A stretch of 64,000 nt of DNA from positions 21,486,912 to 21,550,911 of the forward strand of contig NC_092675.1 of NCBI RefSeq assembly GCF_964355755.1. The letters are read 5' to 3'. Positions within the stretch are counted from its first letter, which is position 1; every line of letters begins with the position of its first letter. The stretch comes from Antedon mediterranea. Its lineage: Eukaryota > Animalia > Echinodermata. The notes beneath the pieces were generated by a model. It did no database searches. It had not been told where the DNA came from and was given only the letters and a program-made list of their open reading frames with translations. Position numbers and translations under genes: made by a program. Shown here piece by piece: positions 29,296-42,900 of this stretch.

Positions 29296-29857
29296 ATTTG
29301 TCAGTCCAGAGTGTGGATATCCGTTAGTTTCGTCTGGGATAATATACCCACTGCAACTTAACTGGTCGTTGTTTTGTGCGATGTGATGGGAATTAAAGCG
29401 ATTCTCAACAGTGCCTCTTTACACTTCACACATGCGCATTTATACCGTTTGATTCTTCACGTAGAAAAATGATAGGTGACTTCTATGTTTGATTGGAGAT
29501 AAGATGACGGGAAGTGTCATCATGTTGACCTTTGAACCCCAACAGATTCACAAGTACAGTACACCGGAGTCCGGTTGTTAGTAATCGAACAGCAAGGTCG
29601 GAAGTTGAAGAAACCCTGGGATCCATAGGTATTTGTTAAGATCCCTGAAAAGCTAAGAAATATTATTATGATTCCATCATGTTCTAAATATAGAAATACC
29701 AATCATCAAACGATGGTATATCATGTATGAATAGATATGTATTGTTCACAATAATAGGAAATGATTTTCATTTCAAGTTCAAGGTTATTAATAACATGGT
29801 AATCTTGTATGCATTGCTATCGAACAAAATGTATAGTAATAGGATTATAATAATGAA

Positions 29858-30255
29858 TTTCACTCTCTAAGTTGAGCAACGCTTTTCACTCTCTAGCAAC
29901 GATTCACTCTCTTCGAGAAATAATGCTTTTCTCTCTCTTTTAGCCTGAGATGAAGCTCTTCACTCTCTTTGAACCATGATCCTTTTAACTTCCGTTGAGC
30001 AACGAACCTCTTCACTCTCTTTTCACTCTGTTTCAGCAATTCTTTTCACTCTCTTTCAGCAATTCTTTTTACTCTCTTTCAGCAATGACGCTCTTTACTC
30101 TCTTTCAGCAATGATGCATCTCACTATTTTTGAGTGATGATGCTCTTTACTTTCTTTCAGCAATGATGCTTTTCGATTTATTTGCTCCTCACTCCATTTG
30201 TAGAATGATCTTCTCTTCACTCCCTTTAAGCAATGATCCAGTCATTCTCTTTAAA
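29858..30255. repeat. Degenerate ~22-27 bp minisatellite
   Basis: Recurrent TTCACTCTCT(TTC)AGCAA(T/C)GA units. Confidence 0.75.
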
Positions 30256-33102
30256 TGATGATTCTTTTGTGTCCGTGAGAAATCAAGGCAACATTTTGAA
30301 TTTTAAAGTTGATGTCACTTCTATGTTGGTTTGTCTAGGCCAACGATGATTGTTTATGAATGATTAATTAAAGTCCGGAAATAAAGACGCTAGGACCGGT
30401 ATACCATCATGTTTTAAAAGAAAATTAACCACAACCATCAGATCAATGTGCATTTTGATTACATCGTTCCGTTCCATTTACCAAACCATACATAGGCATA
30501 AATAAACGAAATTACCTTATGTCATAACCAAGTAATATCAAATAAAAAAGAGGGTTTATGTGGTCCTTTTTTCTGTCCCACATTTTAAAATAGAATTCCG
30601 TTGTATTCGTTTTTGTTAATGCCTGGAGAGCCTACGCAGGAAAGTCGCCATTAAAGTGTCTAACAATAACCATTAAAAGAAAAAAAAAACAAATTAAAAG
30701 GAAGAGTTGTTAATTGGTGTATTAGGCATTATAGAAATTGTTTTCTTTTCGAGAAAATAACAATTATAAAACGTTTTTCTTTTTGACATTGAATTACAGT
30801 TTCATATGCTTTATTAATTGATACGGGTTCCAATTGATACAAGGTTTAGTTTAGTTTAGTATAAAATCATTGAAATATTGTTTATGATTACGTGGGACGT
30901 GATTAGAATAATAATATTTTTTTCAAGGTATCACCAATCATAATGTTAAAAAATATGTGTAGTATATAGGTAAATCATATTATATATTTCCTTATTAGTG
31001 TTTCGATTAATGACTCAGGACTTTCATTATTAGGTGGGAGGTTTAAACATTGAAACAAATAGACCTTACTTGGTCTTCTCATAATGTGTTTTTGTTATAT
31101 CATTCTACCGTGATTCTACCCTGTGATCATTTCCTTATGAAAAGCAAAATGCAGTATCAAGCAGCGTATAATACTGAGCGTGGGTTTTTACCAGGTATTA
31201 TTCAGGTGATATTAACAAAAAGTTAAGAAGTATGGAAATTGATGTTTGTAAGAACTTGATCAGCTGTTTCCTGGTTCGTTTATGTGATGTACATCATCAA
31301 ATATGAAAATACAACAACGTACTAAATAGCGACCAGTCCCTTAAACCAGTCCTCCATTCTGTCATAGTATAGCCAATCTTTACTAACAATTCGTGTATCT
31401 TATTCTATGACCTGTCAACTTTCGAAAGTGAGCATGCATTTGTAACTCTCATCATGATATAAATAAAACAGAATCAACTATAAGTGAATTGAAAATATAA
31501 CTTAGTCTGAATTCAGAAAAAGTCTTACTCATGGGATGTTTAAATAAAAAGATTAGTTTATTACGTGTAAAGAGGAAAGAAAATAATTCTGGATTTAGTC
31601 AAGATTTTCTGTTGCCATTAAATTAAATCTTTTTTATGTTTATCTTATGCATTCTTCTTCATCTGGAATAACTGTCTGAAGACATTCGGAAATTGACTGT
31701 TGAAATTATAAATGATAGGCCTACTGCTTTTTATTTACCACTGTAGATAGACTTTTATAATATTAACGATTTACATAACTGTATGATAGCCGGATCAGAT
31801 AAACATCACTAAAACAAAGTACAACTAATCTGGAAAATCTTTTATGAAAACTGAATCGTTAAACTACAGTGAATATGTAATTCCAGTTCAACACGTTTTC
31901 TATACAGTTTGCTAAAAGAAACGGCATTGATCGGATGAGCTACTACAACAAATAGTTGAAAATCAACCAAATTAATAATAGTATTACACCGTAATTCAGA
32001 AGTTCTTTTTAAAAAACTATTATAGAGGGCGAATTCATATTGTAGTACAAACCTGATTAACATTTACAAGATATATTTACAAAATAATAAGAATTATAAA
32101 CACAAGAATGATAAAATCAGTTTATGTAACATATTATTTATTTAACCACCATTACCGAAATTAGGATGCATGGTTATTTGCGGATCAAACACATTTATTG
32201 TGAAACTCGCAGGCTTGTGACATGGTTCTGTAATAACCATCAAATACGAAATAGTAAGTAAATAAACAAACAAAAAGAACAACACATATTAGGCCTATTA
32301 TCATATTACACTAAAATAGTAGTTTCAAGGAGTTTTTTCATAATACAAATTGTATTCCAATTTGTAATCAAATATTTGTAGCCTATATACAAAAAAGTAT
32401 TTTGTTGATGATGCCTATAGAAGGAGGCAGAGAGGGGATCAAATTAAGACATGTCTTCATCATTAAAACCTTATAAAAAATGTCTTTGTTCTTGGTTTAT
32501 TAAAATATAAATAAAACATTGATCTTTCAAAATATAAAGCTAATAACTATAAAAATAACACATTTATATAAAAATAATTGGATTTTGGTGAATGGTAAGT
32601 TATATTTGACATTATGAATACATTTATACTTATCATAACAAACTGAGTAAGCACCATTGTAATATTAGCGCTACATGAACTATCAATTTTGATCATAAAG
32701 GACTATAGATATTATATCTATAATATTTGTTTAATCAGAAATCTATAGATGGAAACACAACTGAACCAAACCAGCACCACAGTCAAATTAGCACTGTACT
32801 AAGAATACAGGTTATTCTCCTTAAACCATAAACCATTTAAATTACACAACTACGGAACTTTAGGTTGATTAAATTAGATAATTGTAAATGTTACCATATT
32901 ATTTAGATTTTATATTTCTATTTCTACTATTTCCATTTTCAAATAAAATTATAACTATTATTCATGCTTAGTTAATAAGTACTGTAAACAACAAAAGGTT
33001 AATGTAACCTCTTGAGAGGAAGAGCTTAAGAAGATGAAGAGGGAATAGAACTCTAGTATAACCCTTACTCAACCTGACAATTTGTTGATCATTCATTGGC
33101 AT

Positions 33103-36100
33103 TCATGGTACACTGGCACTTAATTGATCATTTCTCTCACCAATTCGTTGGAGTCGATTGTGTTCCTGAAATTATAAAAAAAAACTATTATTTACTATTC
33201 ATTTTTGTTTCTTTATCCATCCACGTATACTGGTTTAATTTAGTATAAACAAATCTAATCAGTTTATTACTGAAACATGTATAAAAAGTTTTCTTAGTAT
33301 AGCTACCAATAAGTAAAATATGGTTTATTCATTACATGTATAAATCAATTCTCAGTAAATATCATCATATTTGTAATTTAACCTAAAACTCACCCTTGAG
33401 GTTTCACTGAGTATATACTGGTCCTCTCTCATTTTCATCCTGTGCTGCTGTAGAGTTAGGTAACCTTCTTCTCTGTTGGCATGGGCCTACGAAAAAAATT
33501 ATAAGAACATAATTTACAATTTTGTACAATTATAACCTGAACAAAAACTAACAAATTAATAATGAATGTTCATGAGTTGAATCAGGAGACTTTTTTCATG
33601 AGTTGAAAAATTGACTGTTATATTCAATGACTGGAATAGCACAGCCAAACTTTCTACCAATGATTATTTTTTACACCTCCTGTTGTAAAATATATTGTAT
33701 TTGATTAATAATTTTTGACAGCACACTACTATAGTATGATTTAAATCGTGCATCCTATAATGTCGCAGATTTCTCAAAATGTTTACACAAATCTGATCGT
33801 GCAATAGTACATTCACTCTTTGAAATGGTAAAAAAATAATACATGGCATATGATATGAAACCAACCAATACATGTTTTGCAAAGATACACTTAGTTGCGT
33901 TATGAACTACGGTATAATAATTACCTTATCTAATTCAGCTTGTTCTCGTAAAAGTTTTTGTTCTAATTCCTTCTCCTTTTCTAAACATTCCAACATTTGT
34001 CGTTTAACAGTTTCTGCATTCTTTCTCCTTAGTTCAAGAAGTTTGCCTTTAAGACGTTTGCACATTTGTTCACGTTGTTTACGTGTGTACTCCGCATTTC
34101 GTACTTTGTTGAATAGGTCATGCTCCATCTCCTCAAGTTTGTTAACCTCTTTCTATAGAGACAAAAAAGTGTTTAGAATGAAGATATTATTAATCATCAA
34201 TAAAAAGGAATGGCCAAGAATTCTCTTCTATGGCAAACAAGACACTTAACCCAAATAATCAGTAAAAAATCTTAACTTTTTCTTGGGGTCATACAAATCA
34301 CTATCACTGACCTACCAAATTAGTGGAGCTGTTGGGATTTCAAGCTGTTGCATGCCATCTAATAACAAGGTGAAAAGGTCATTCCTGACGGTGACCTATG
34401 CCAGGGTTGTAACTCACTCTTTATAAGCACGATAAATTATAAAATAATTTGTCTATCAAATCAATCAATAGATCAATCTAATCAACATTTATTTTTGGAT
34501 ATTGATTTATTTTATGATAGTTTAAATGTATTTAAGGGTAAAATTGTTAAATCTCTTTAATGTTGTGATCTTTGCTTATGTTTTTGTTGTTTATTTGAAT
34601 ACATTTTATAGTTTATTATGTTTAGATTCAACCTGTTAGTGACGGTTTCATCGCTGTTAAAAATAAAATAAACATAAAATAAGACCATATATCCAATATA
34701 AATTGTAATATGAAGGAAGAGGGCAAAACTCAAAAAGTAAGGCCAGATGAAAAACAGAAATTATATTATTCAAAAGACCTTGTGGCGAGCTAGCCCTTCT
34801 GCAATTGACAAGTTACTTGCTGTTGGATGAAAACAGAAACTTACTGTTATGTGTTTTAAATTGTCCTCATTTCCACGTCGTTTTGCTTCATAACTTCGCT
34901 TTTGATACCTTTCTTCCCACTGTAACTCCTTGTTTTCAAATTGCTTTTTTTTTTGGAATGAAATGTCCCTCAACCGCGTTTGTTTTCTAGCCTCATGAGC
35001 CTATAAAGAAAAAAAATATTCAATAAATATTTGGCAGAAAAACAAGTTATTTATAATTGTTGTTAAAAATGTCAGGAACAATGATTGGGTATTGTTGTAT
35101 GTACATATTTCAAAATGTCTGATATTTATAAGTTAGTGTACTTGTTAGAAAAAGAGATGGAAGATAAGGAGGAGCTACTCCACATACTTTCTCATTCATT
35201 CTACATTACAGTCTTTAACATTTTATGTGCCTCTTTTTTATAACTGTGAAGTGTTTCAGGGGAATGAACAGGGCCATATATAATCTTAATTTTCAATCTG
35301 TAGTAGAGAGTAAATTCTCTTTAGTGGAAAATTGTAGAATAAATGATCAATAGTAAATAACCTGTAGACGGCTGTTCATTTTCTTGCTCTTCATGTCTAA
35401 CTTGCAATTCAAGGCAGCCTCTTGTAGTTGCCTTTGAAGAACTGAATTATCTTGAAGTCTATTGCGGGTATCTAATAGTTGCCTTCCCTCTGCAAAAAAT
35501 ACCATAATTTTCAGACTAAACACAAGGGAAAATGTGTTTGTGTATCAGTAGACCAAATGCAATGGATTTTAGTGCCATAGCTTGGTTTTGCAAGATGTTT
35601 AATAGCAAAAGGCAATGACTGATCTTACTCTGTGTGAAATTCAAGTTGTCTATAATTCAGAAACCATATTCATAGAATTCCACAGATTAAAAAAAGAATA
35701 AATTCTAACCATCTCTGGATTTCTCCTGCAAGTTTGATTTTGAGACAACCAAATCAAGACTCAGACGCCGCCTATTGGTCTCAAACTGATCTCCCTTATT
35801 TTGTGTTTTCTTTACTTTCGTCTCAAAAGTTTCTTCTAACTCGTTACCAACGTTCATCTTGTTCTTTGCTTCAGAATGATGGTCTCTGGAAGAAACATAA
35901 GTAACAAATTCTGTTAAAATGTTCGCTAAAATGAGATTGTATCAATTGGATTATTCTAATCCAACAGAAAATTTACCTTTCAATTATAGGATGGGTATAC
36001 GACATGGTTCTTATAAATTAAATATCATTTCATGCTTAAATAGACAGTACCAAGAAATTCTCAGTGGTCTAACAGCAAAGATGTCAAGTCAGAGATTCTG

Positions 36101-38896
36101 TGTACAGATCTCAGTTGGGGAGAATAATTTCACAGATTTGTTTATTTCTTATCTCTTGTTATTTCAAATATATAAAAATAACTATATTTCTTTGGTATCA
36201 ATATATTTCATTTTTTTTCCATTTTTAAACGTAAACCTACTTGATATGTTGAAAATGTATGGCTCTTCTTTTCTGCGCTTCCATGTTTACAGCTAGGGCA
36301 ATTTCCGCAAGTTCTCTGTTCAACTTAAATGTTTCCTCCTCCTTCATCTCCAACTTCTTTGTGTATTCTTCATTTAAACGCATCACTTCTGATCGTCTCA
36401 CTTCAATCTCTGCTATTTTTGCTCTGTACTTTCTCTCCAAATCACCACTGTAGAAAGAATAATCAAAAGATGAAAAGGCTTGTTTATACTAGTTTGATCA
36501 AATGATGTCATGATCAATAAGAACTATAAAATCGTTGTATCATTATGATGTTATTGTTTTTACTGATCATGACTAATTTCTTTGAAAAAAGACAGTATGA
36601 ATGGCTATCCTAATAGTTCTTTAGGATGAAAACTTTTCTAGTAGTAAAAATGTATACTAAACTATTTATCGTTGATCGGGTCTTAAGCTCCGTCTACACT
36701 ATCAAATTTTATGTGACAAAAAAATGTGATGTGCCCATATATGTACACGATGACATCATATCATTACCATATTTGGGCATATCACTACCATATTTGGGCA
36801 CATTACACTTTTTTTGGTAGTGTAGACAGAGCTTTATAATTGATAAGATATGCTGAATATTAATGTTGATAATGATACAGAAGAGATTTATACCAATTAT
36901 GTAGGTGTAGGCTTGTATAGTTTGTTTTGTTTTCTCTCAGCTTGTTAGTTGAGGTTTCATCTTGGTTGGCTTTAAAAAAATGGTCAAAGTGGTAATAAAA
37001 TGAATTATTTTTTTAATTTTCTTACACTGATACAAATATCTTTCTGTCTTCGTCCTTTTCTTGCTGTGATTTTGTGATTGTTTGTTCAATTTTATTTTTG
37101 TTCATCTGGAAAAGATAATGGATGGATAATAATTAAATAATTAAAAATCATATCAATTAAGATAAAATACATTTTTTTAGGTTAGATTTTTAATTGAAAA
37201 GACTTAAAACTTACTTGTTCCTTTTTATGTACATGATCTCTGGTAATGAAAAACTCTTTCTTTTGATTTTCAAGTAATTTTTTGGCTTCTGTTTGCTTCT
37301 TTCTTATAATCGCTGTTAATAAAAGAAATCAATAACATGAAAAATAGGAGTTTTTAAATTAATTTTACACATCTAAATTTAGGGCACAATGTATTTTCCC
37401 CTTATTTAACCAAATATGGCCAAATATTCTACAACAAATATTATACATAAGGGCAATAATTTGTGACAAAAAATATGATTATTATTTTACCATTTTCATA
37501 GTCTCTCATAGTCCGTCTAAGGTGCTGTTGATTTTTTATAACATCGCCCTCAAACCTCTTTAGTTCACGTTCTTCTTGTTTATGTTGCCACATATGATCC
37601 TGCAGATTTCAATAAAAGATGTCTCATAATAGTCATCATTGTTTATTTTCATTATATAAAAAAATAATTTTAATTGAGTTCAGACAGGAGATGAGAAAGT
37701 AAATAAATTTATAATAATAAAACAAATTCATTTGTACAAACAGAAATCTTTCGCTATAATTAATGACACCGATCCAGGCATTCACGCAAAATACAATGGC
37801 AACGAGACGTTTAGTCAGCCTGGTTACTGTCCAAATAAGTCTTATTATGTCGTGCTAGTTATAGCTTGCTGGCTTATCTTATTTTTTGTGAACAAAGGTT
37901 CAAGTTTTTCCGGCAAAAAGTGAGGAAATCTACCTATCTCTACCTTCTGTTTAATTTGTAAGTAATATTTGAAAATAATACTTGGACATATGTATAAAAC
38001 TTTATCTACCATACCAATAAATTAAAACCGAATGATTATAATGCAGGATATAGATTCATACCTCAATCACTTTCATTCGTTTATCAAAGTCCTTTTCCTC
38101 TTTACCGATCTTAGACATAAGGTCTATGACTGTGGAAGACTTGGCTTTATTGACTGGTGTTGATGTCTTGACAGGCTGAGGATGATCTGGTCTTGACCTT
38201 CTACTTCCTTTTGAAGGACCTGTTTTTGTGTCCACTACTTTGCCTTTCAGTTCAAAGGAATGAGTGTATTTCGATGAGTCTAGGTAGCCATCTGGTCCAC
38301 ATTTTCGTTCTTGTTCTCTGCAGATAGGAAAAAAAAGGAAATTGTAAAAGTAGATGTTGATCTTGTAGTTTGATGATAAACTTAGAAATTATAAACACTC
38401 AGATATATAAAGTAAATAATCAAAACTCGCTTAAAATAAGACTAATAAAAACAAAGTAAATTAACGTACATAGAAATAAGTAAGGTTTCTTTATTCTAAT
38501 CTAAAGGAGATTATATTACCCTTAAAAAGACCCATTTAAGAAGTTTCCAGATGATTCAAAGACATGGAAATCTATGATGTTAGAGTGAGGGAGGCTATTG
38601 TAAAATGAAGTATTGTAGTTTGTGTGGTGGGGGGGGGGGGACTGAGAAAGGGTGGGGGAGGCTATACTAATTGTAAAATAAAGTGGTGTAGTGTGGGGGG
38701 GGGGGAACCCTATCTTCCCCGGTCTGCTATGAACGTATGTACAAAATACTAACCTAAGAAAGGCAGCATACTCTTTGCCATTCTTTTTATCATCATCTTC
38801 TTCATAATCATTGCCCAAGCTCAGTGCAAGTGTATCATATCTTGATTTTATCTTTTGATTGGTATCAAATGGTAAAACAAGCTTCCCAGAACTCAT
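33103..38896 (-). CDS. Uncharacterised coiled-coil protein, ~578 aa (probable ciliary/flagellar protein)
   Basis: 12 in-frame exons: 38896-38754, 38317-38062, 37599-37491, 37312-37215, 37105-37026, 36447-36241, 35885-35710, 35489-35362, 35000-34845, 34152-33925, 33486-33394, 33165-33103. E/K/R/Q-rich helical sequence, e.g. DHMWQHKQEERELKRFEGDVIKNQ. The ciliary role is inferred from the promoter. Confidence 0.85.
34626..34682 (+). mobile_element. Retroposon 3' tail fragment (shared family)
   Basis: TTCAACCTGTTAGTGACGGTTTCATCGCTGTT followed by (AAAAT)n; a near-identical tail lies at 59657-59722. Confidence 0.5.
36686..36833. mobile_element. Complete PIF/Harbinger-like MITE
   Basis: TTA-[AGCTCCGTCTACACTA...TAGTGTAGACAGAGCT]-TTA: 16-bp TIRs and a 3-bp TTA duplication. 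Confidence 0.8.
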
Positions 38897-39399
38897 TCTG
38901 TCAGTTAACAAATGAATAATATTTATTATACATTACATGAATTTAATTAATAATAAAATACTGCTTCTTTAGTCTAATCTGTTAATTAAGACTGTGTCAA
39001 TACTCACTAAACTGGAACCTCTTTAAAGATTGGAGTCTATAGGTCGTAGGCATACATGTAACATACAACAACATGTAACATACAGCAGCATGTAGCAGAG
39101 CCAAAGCCCGAGCCAATGACTCCCACCATGCACCGAATTCAATCCCCTGCACCGATACCACCAGCCTACCTAGCGTACGCTACACAGCGATCTTAAATTA
39201 GTTTAGTTTTATTAGTAGCAGACTTATTTTCTATTCCTAGACTAGAGAGGTAGGCTATTTTATTGATCAACTAAAATTAACACTAGGCCTATATTTATTT
39301 ATACGTTATTTAAATGTATCTTACTAACTTAAATGGTTTTAACACTCAAAACTTTGTTCTTGGCCAGTACGTTTTAGAAAACCGGTTGACTATCCAACA

Positions 39400-39720
39400 A
39401 AATAACGTAAACACAAAGTTGACCTATGACAGTTCCTATAGCAACCAACCAATCAAATTAAGCACGTGCTAACATCGTGCTAACATCATTATGCAATTTA
39501 GTAATTGTTTCAACTACACAATTCTAATCAGATTGGTTAGATTAGTTTGAAGTTATAAAATAATTAAAAAAAAAAAAAAATAGTCATTATAATAAATATT
39601 ATAAACATTTTTGTATTCAGTGGAAAAAAATCAGATTAAAAACCAATGAGAGGGAACTTCCCTGCTTTATGTTGCTAAGCGACAAGTGATTTGTTTGCCA
39701 GTATTAATACGCAATCAGTT
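39400..39720. promoter_or_regulatory. Bidirectional promoter with RFX X-boxes, forkhead site and CCAAT boxes
   Basis: GTTCCTATAGCAAC (39432-39445), GTTGCTAAGCGAC (39671-39683), GTAAACA (39407-39413) and several CCAAT/ATTGG between two divergent genes. Confidence 0.7.
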
Positions 39721-39979
39721 TTAATTTGCATCGATTTGAATTCGGAAAAAGGATTTATTGAGAAAAAAAATATTGAAATCACGATAATATTATTATAATA
39801 AACATTATCAGTTGTGAAATGATTACATAAAGAGTATAATTTGCAAAAATGTATGCACTATTTGATCCAAAATGTATCCGCCCATGTGTTCTTTGGCTTT
39901 GTTCTTATGTTTTTCGGTCCATTTAGGTTGTTGAAGTGGAAGAGTTCTTTTCATATTTCCAACTTTATTGTCTTAAATA

Positions 39980-42900
39980 ATGGAAGAAGAGGTAGCTTCG
40001 GGTAGTGATAACATTGTCACAGAGTTTAACACATATGAAGACTTTCTTGATTCTCAAATAACATCACTAGATCTTTATTATCTTGAGGTAAGTTAGGCAC
40101 ACAAATCCTCTAGCCTAGGCCTAGGCCTAGGCCTAACCGTTTTTGGTTGTTGTTGGTACGTGGAGCAGGCCGCCTAGCCAACCATCGGTGGCCTCGTATG
40201 TCAGGTAGACCCAAAGCATCTAGGCCTAGGGCCTAAGTGTGAACTAGGTGTAGCCCGCTTCGGTAATAGGCATGGCAAAATAGGGCCCCACCCCGGGCAT
40301 GCCTGTAATTATTTACGGTTTATTTTTTGTTGTCTTCTTTCAATAAAGAAATGTTATTTTGTTATCATCACATTGTTTTTATTTATTAATTTAATTTTAT
40401 AATTTGTTTTTTTGTAAAAAAAGGATGAAGAATTAGCCCGGCAATTAGTTGAGCTTGGTTACAGAGGAAGTGGTGAAGTTTTAAAACGAGAAGAGTTTGA
40501 AGCTAGAAAACAAGCAGCCGAAGCAAGTCGACTTTCAAAGAGAAGTCAGCAGAAGTTAGTGTGGCTTTTTATATAAACCTACTACTGTAGGCCTAGTATT
40601 TAGGCCGAGTGTTTTTATTGTTAATTGTTATTAACACTTTGACTGCCAGAGGTTTTTTCAGTTAGAAACTGCCACCGCCAGCGTTTATAGCCCAATTCGA
40701 TGTTTTTATTAAACTATGTATGTGATCTGATTTACATGTAAGGCCAAATAAAAAAACATACTTGTTAAGCGTCACCGCCCGCTCCTGATTATCCAGCCGC
40801 CTCTCTTTTTATTTTTTTTTTTTTTTTACCGATATACAACGGAAAGTTCAGCGGCCCGACCCAGCTCCAGAGTAGGGCTCGAAATTCACGCTAGCAAACT
40901 AGCATGCATTTTGCTAGTAGATTCTTCATAATTGCTATTTGAAAATTTCAAAACTAGCAAATGTTTGTTAGGCTAGTGTAATTTTTGAAAAAATACATAC
41001 TTTTTAGCTTAGACAACGCTAGCCGCCGATCGCTCTACTGTATGTCGACAACGGCAAATTGGTGAAAACAATTGTTTCATTTACACGCCGCCGATTTACG
41101 TAAAGGAAACGCGAATAGCACCGTGAATCATGTAATGTGGTAAACAGCAAGCTTTTTCCCCAACACATTAAATCATGTGCATTTAGTCGTCGCTGAGGAT
41201 TACATCATCAGTCACGTGATTACAGAATACGCGATTATCAATTTAGGGATTTAACGAAATAAATATTATGCCTACACAGTGGTCGAAGCGCGTTTTTTTA
41301 TAGGTTCGTAAATAGGAAACACCCCATACATAATGGACTCTACCAATTTTGTTTACGATGATCTCGCGCTCGAGATCGGCACACCACGAGGTCCTGTTGG
41401 GCGATGCACATACACTTTTTGCATCACAACTTTAAATACTGATTTACACAGCAATTGGCAAAGGATTCATCAAAGAAGAATGAATACGTTGAATAAAAAT
41501 TCACTTAAGAAATGCCGTAAGCTGTTTTCAAACTATAAATCAGCCCACTATTTAGTATTATTGAGACCACCAAATCATGCTTCTCGCGATAGGGAATTTC
41601 CTGGATAGATGAGTCGAGCGAGAGACGGCGGATGGCCGATGAGTGAGGTTGGGGTAGCACCTTGGACGGATTAGTTAGCCTAGGGCCTACAATTTCGCTT
41701 GGTGGCAATTAAATTTAATGTTTTAATTACGTCTGGATATAAACAATACAAAACTCAATTTTGTCATAAGCAATAATATTTCATACATAGTCAATTTTGT
41801 TCTGTTTCGCATTTTAAAAGTTTGACGTTTCGTCCTAAAAAAGTGGGGAAAAACGTCCACCGCGCAAAAATATACCTCTATAAAAAGTAAAAAAAAAAAA
41901 AACCGCCCCCCCGCCCCTGAAAATTTATGAGGGTGTGACGCTTAACAAGTATATTTTTTTATTTGGCCTAATTTAGACTAAAATAATCATAAAGATTTTA
42001 GCTTTACAATGGTACCAAGAACGATTTTCAAATCGCAATATGTAAATCGTAATAGTAAAATGAAAGTAACCCACTTTTTGAGTTTTTCGTAGTTTCGCGC
42101 AAGAAAGTCGAGATATTCGCGATTTTGTGCAAGACATCACAATATGAAAATATCGCCCGGTGAGATCAACAAACAACGAAAAAGTTACTTACACGGCACC
42201 GGTAGGCCTATAAAAACAAGTTATCACTATCGAAAAATGTATTACATTTTATAAATCATAAATCTTACATCAATGTTTCGCCAAAATCCACATAGTAAAG
42301 ACACCAGGCCTAGTTAACTAGGCCTAAAGTTGGTCCGGAACCGTTTTACGACTAGGCCTAGGCTATAGCCTAGTACTACTAGCCTAGCTAGTAAACTGAT
42401 GATAATATTCATACCATTTCTAAACAAGTTTGTTGCGTGAAACTCGGCCACTTACAGTGAAGCACCAAAACAATTAGGGTATACATACAATAATAAAATC
42501 AAAGACTTCATACTGAAAATTCATCCATTATTTTTTATTCAGATAACAAACAAACATGCCAATCCACATAAACCTTTGTAATGCTTCGGCGGCATAGCTA
42601 GCGCGCGACCGATACACAATGCGCCAAACCATCGCTGTACGCGCTACTGTGATGCGCGGTGTATGTTATTTCGACAGGTACCATTTTGACAATCGTTCGT
42701 AACCAGATTAGTTACTTTCAAAAAGTAAAATATTCACGGTCCAGACCGAATATAGTGTCCATATTTATAGTATATACCAATAATTAACCTTCGTGTTTGG
42801 CAGTCAAGCGTTGTGTTTCCAAAAAGGAAGATCTTCGTGTTTGGCAGTCAAAGTGTTAAACGTCAATAAAAATTTCATTTAATTCAATACAGTTAAACTA

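Noticed and set aside
41333-42176. Transposase ORFs within the nested elements
   Set aside because: Short ORFs without DDE/DDD or DNA-binding motifs; the elements look non-autonomous.
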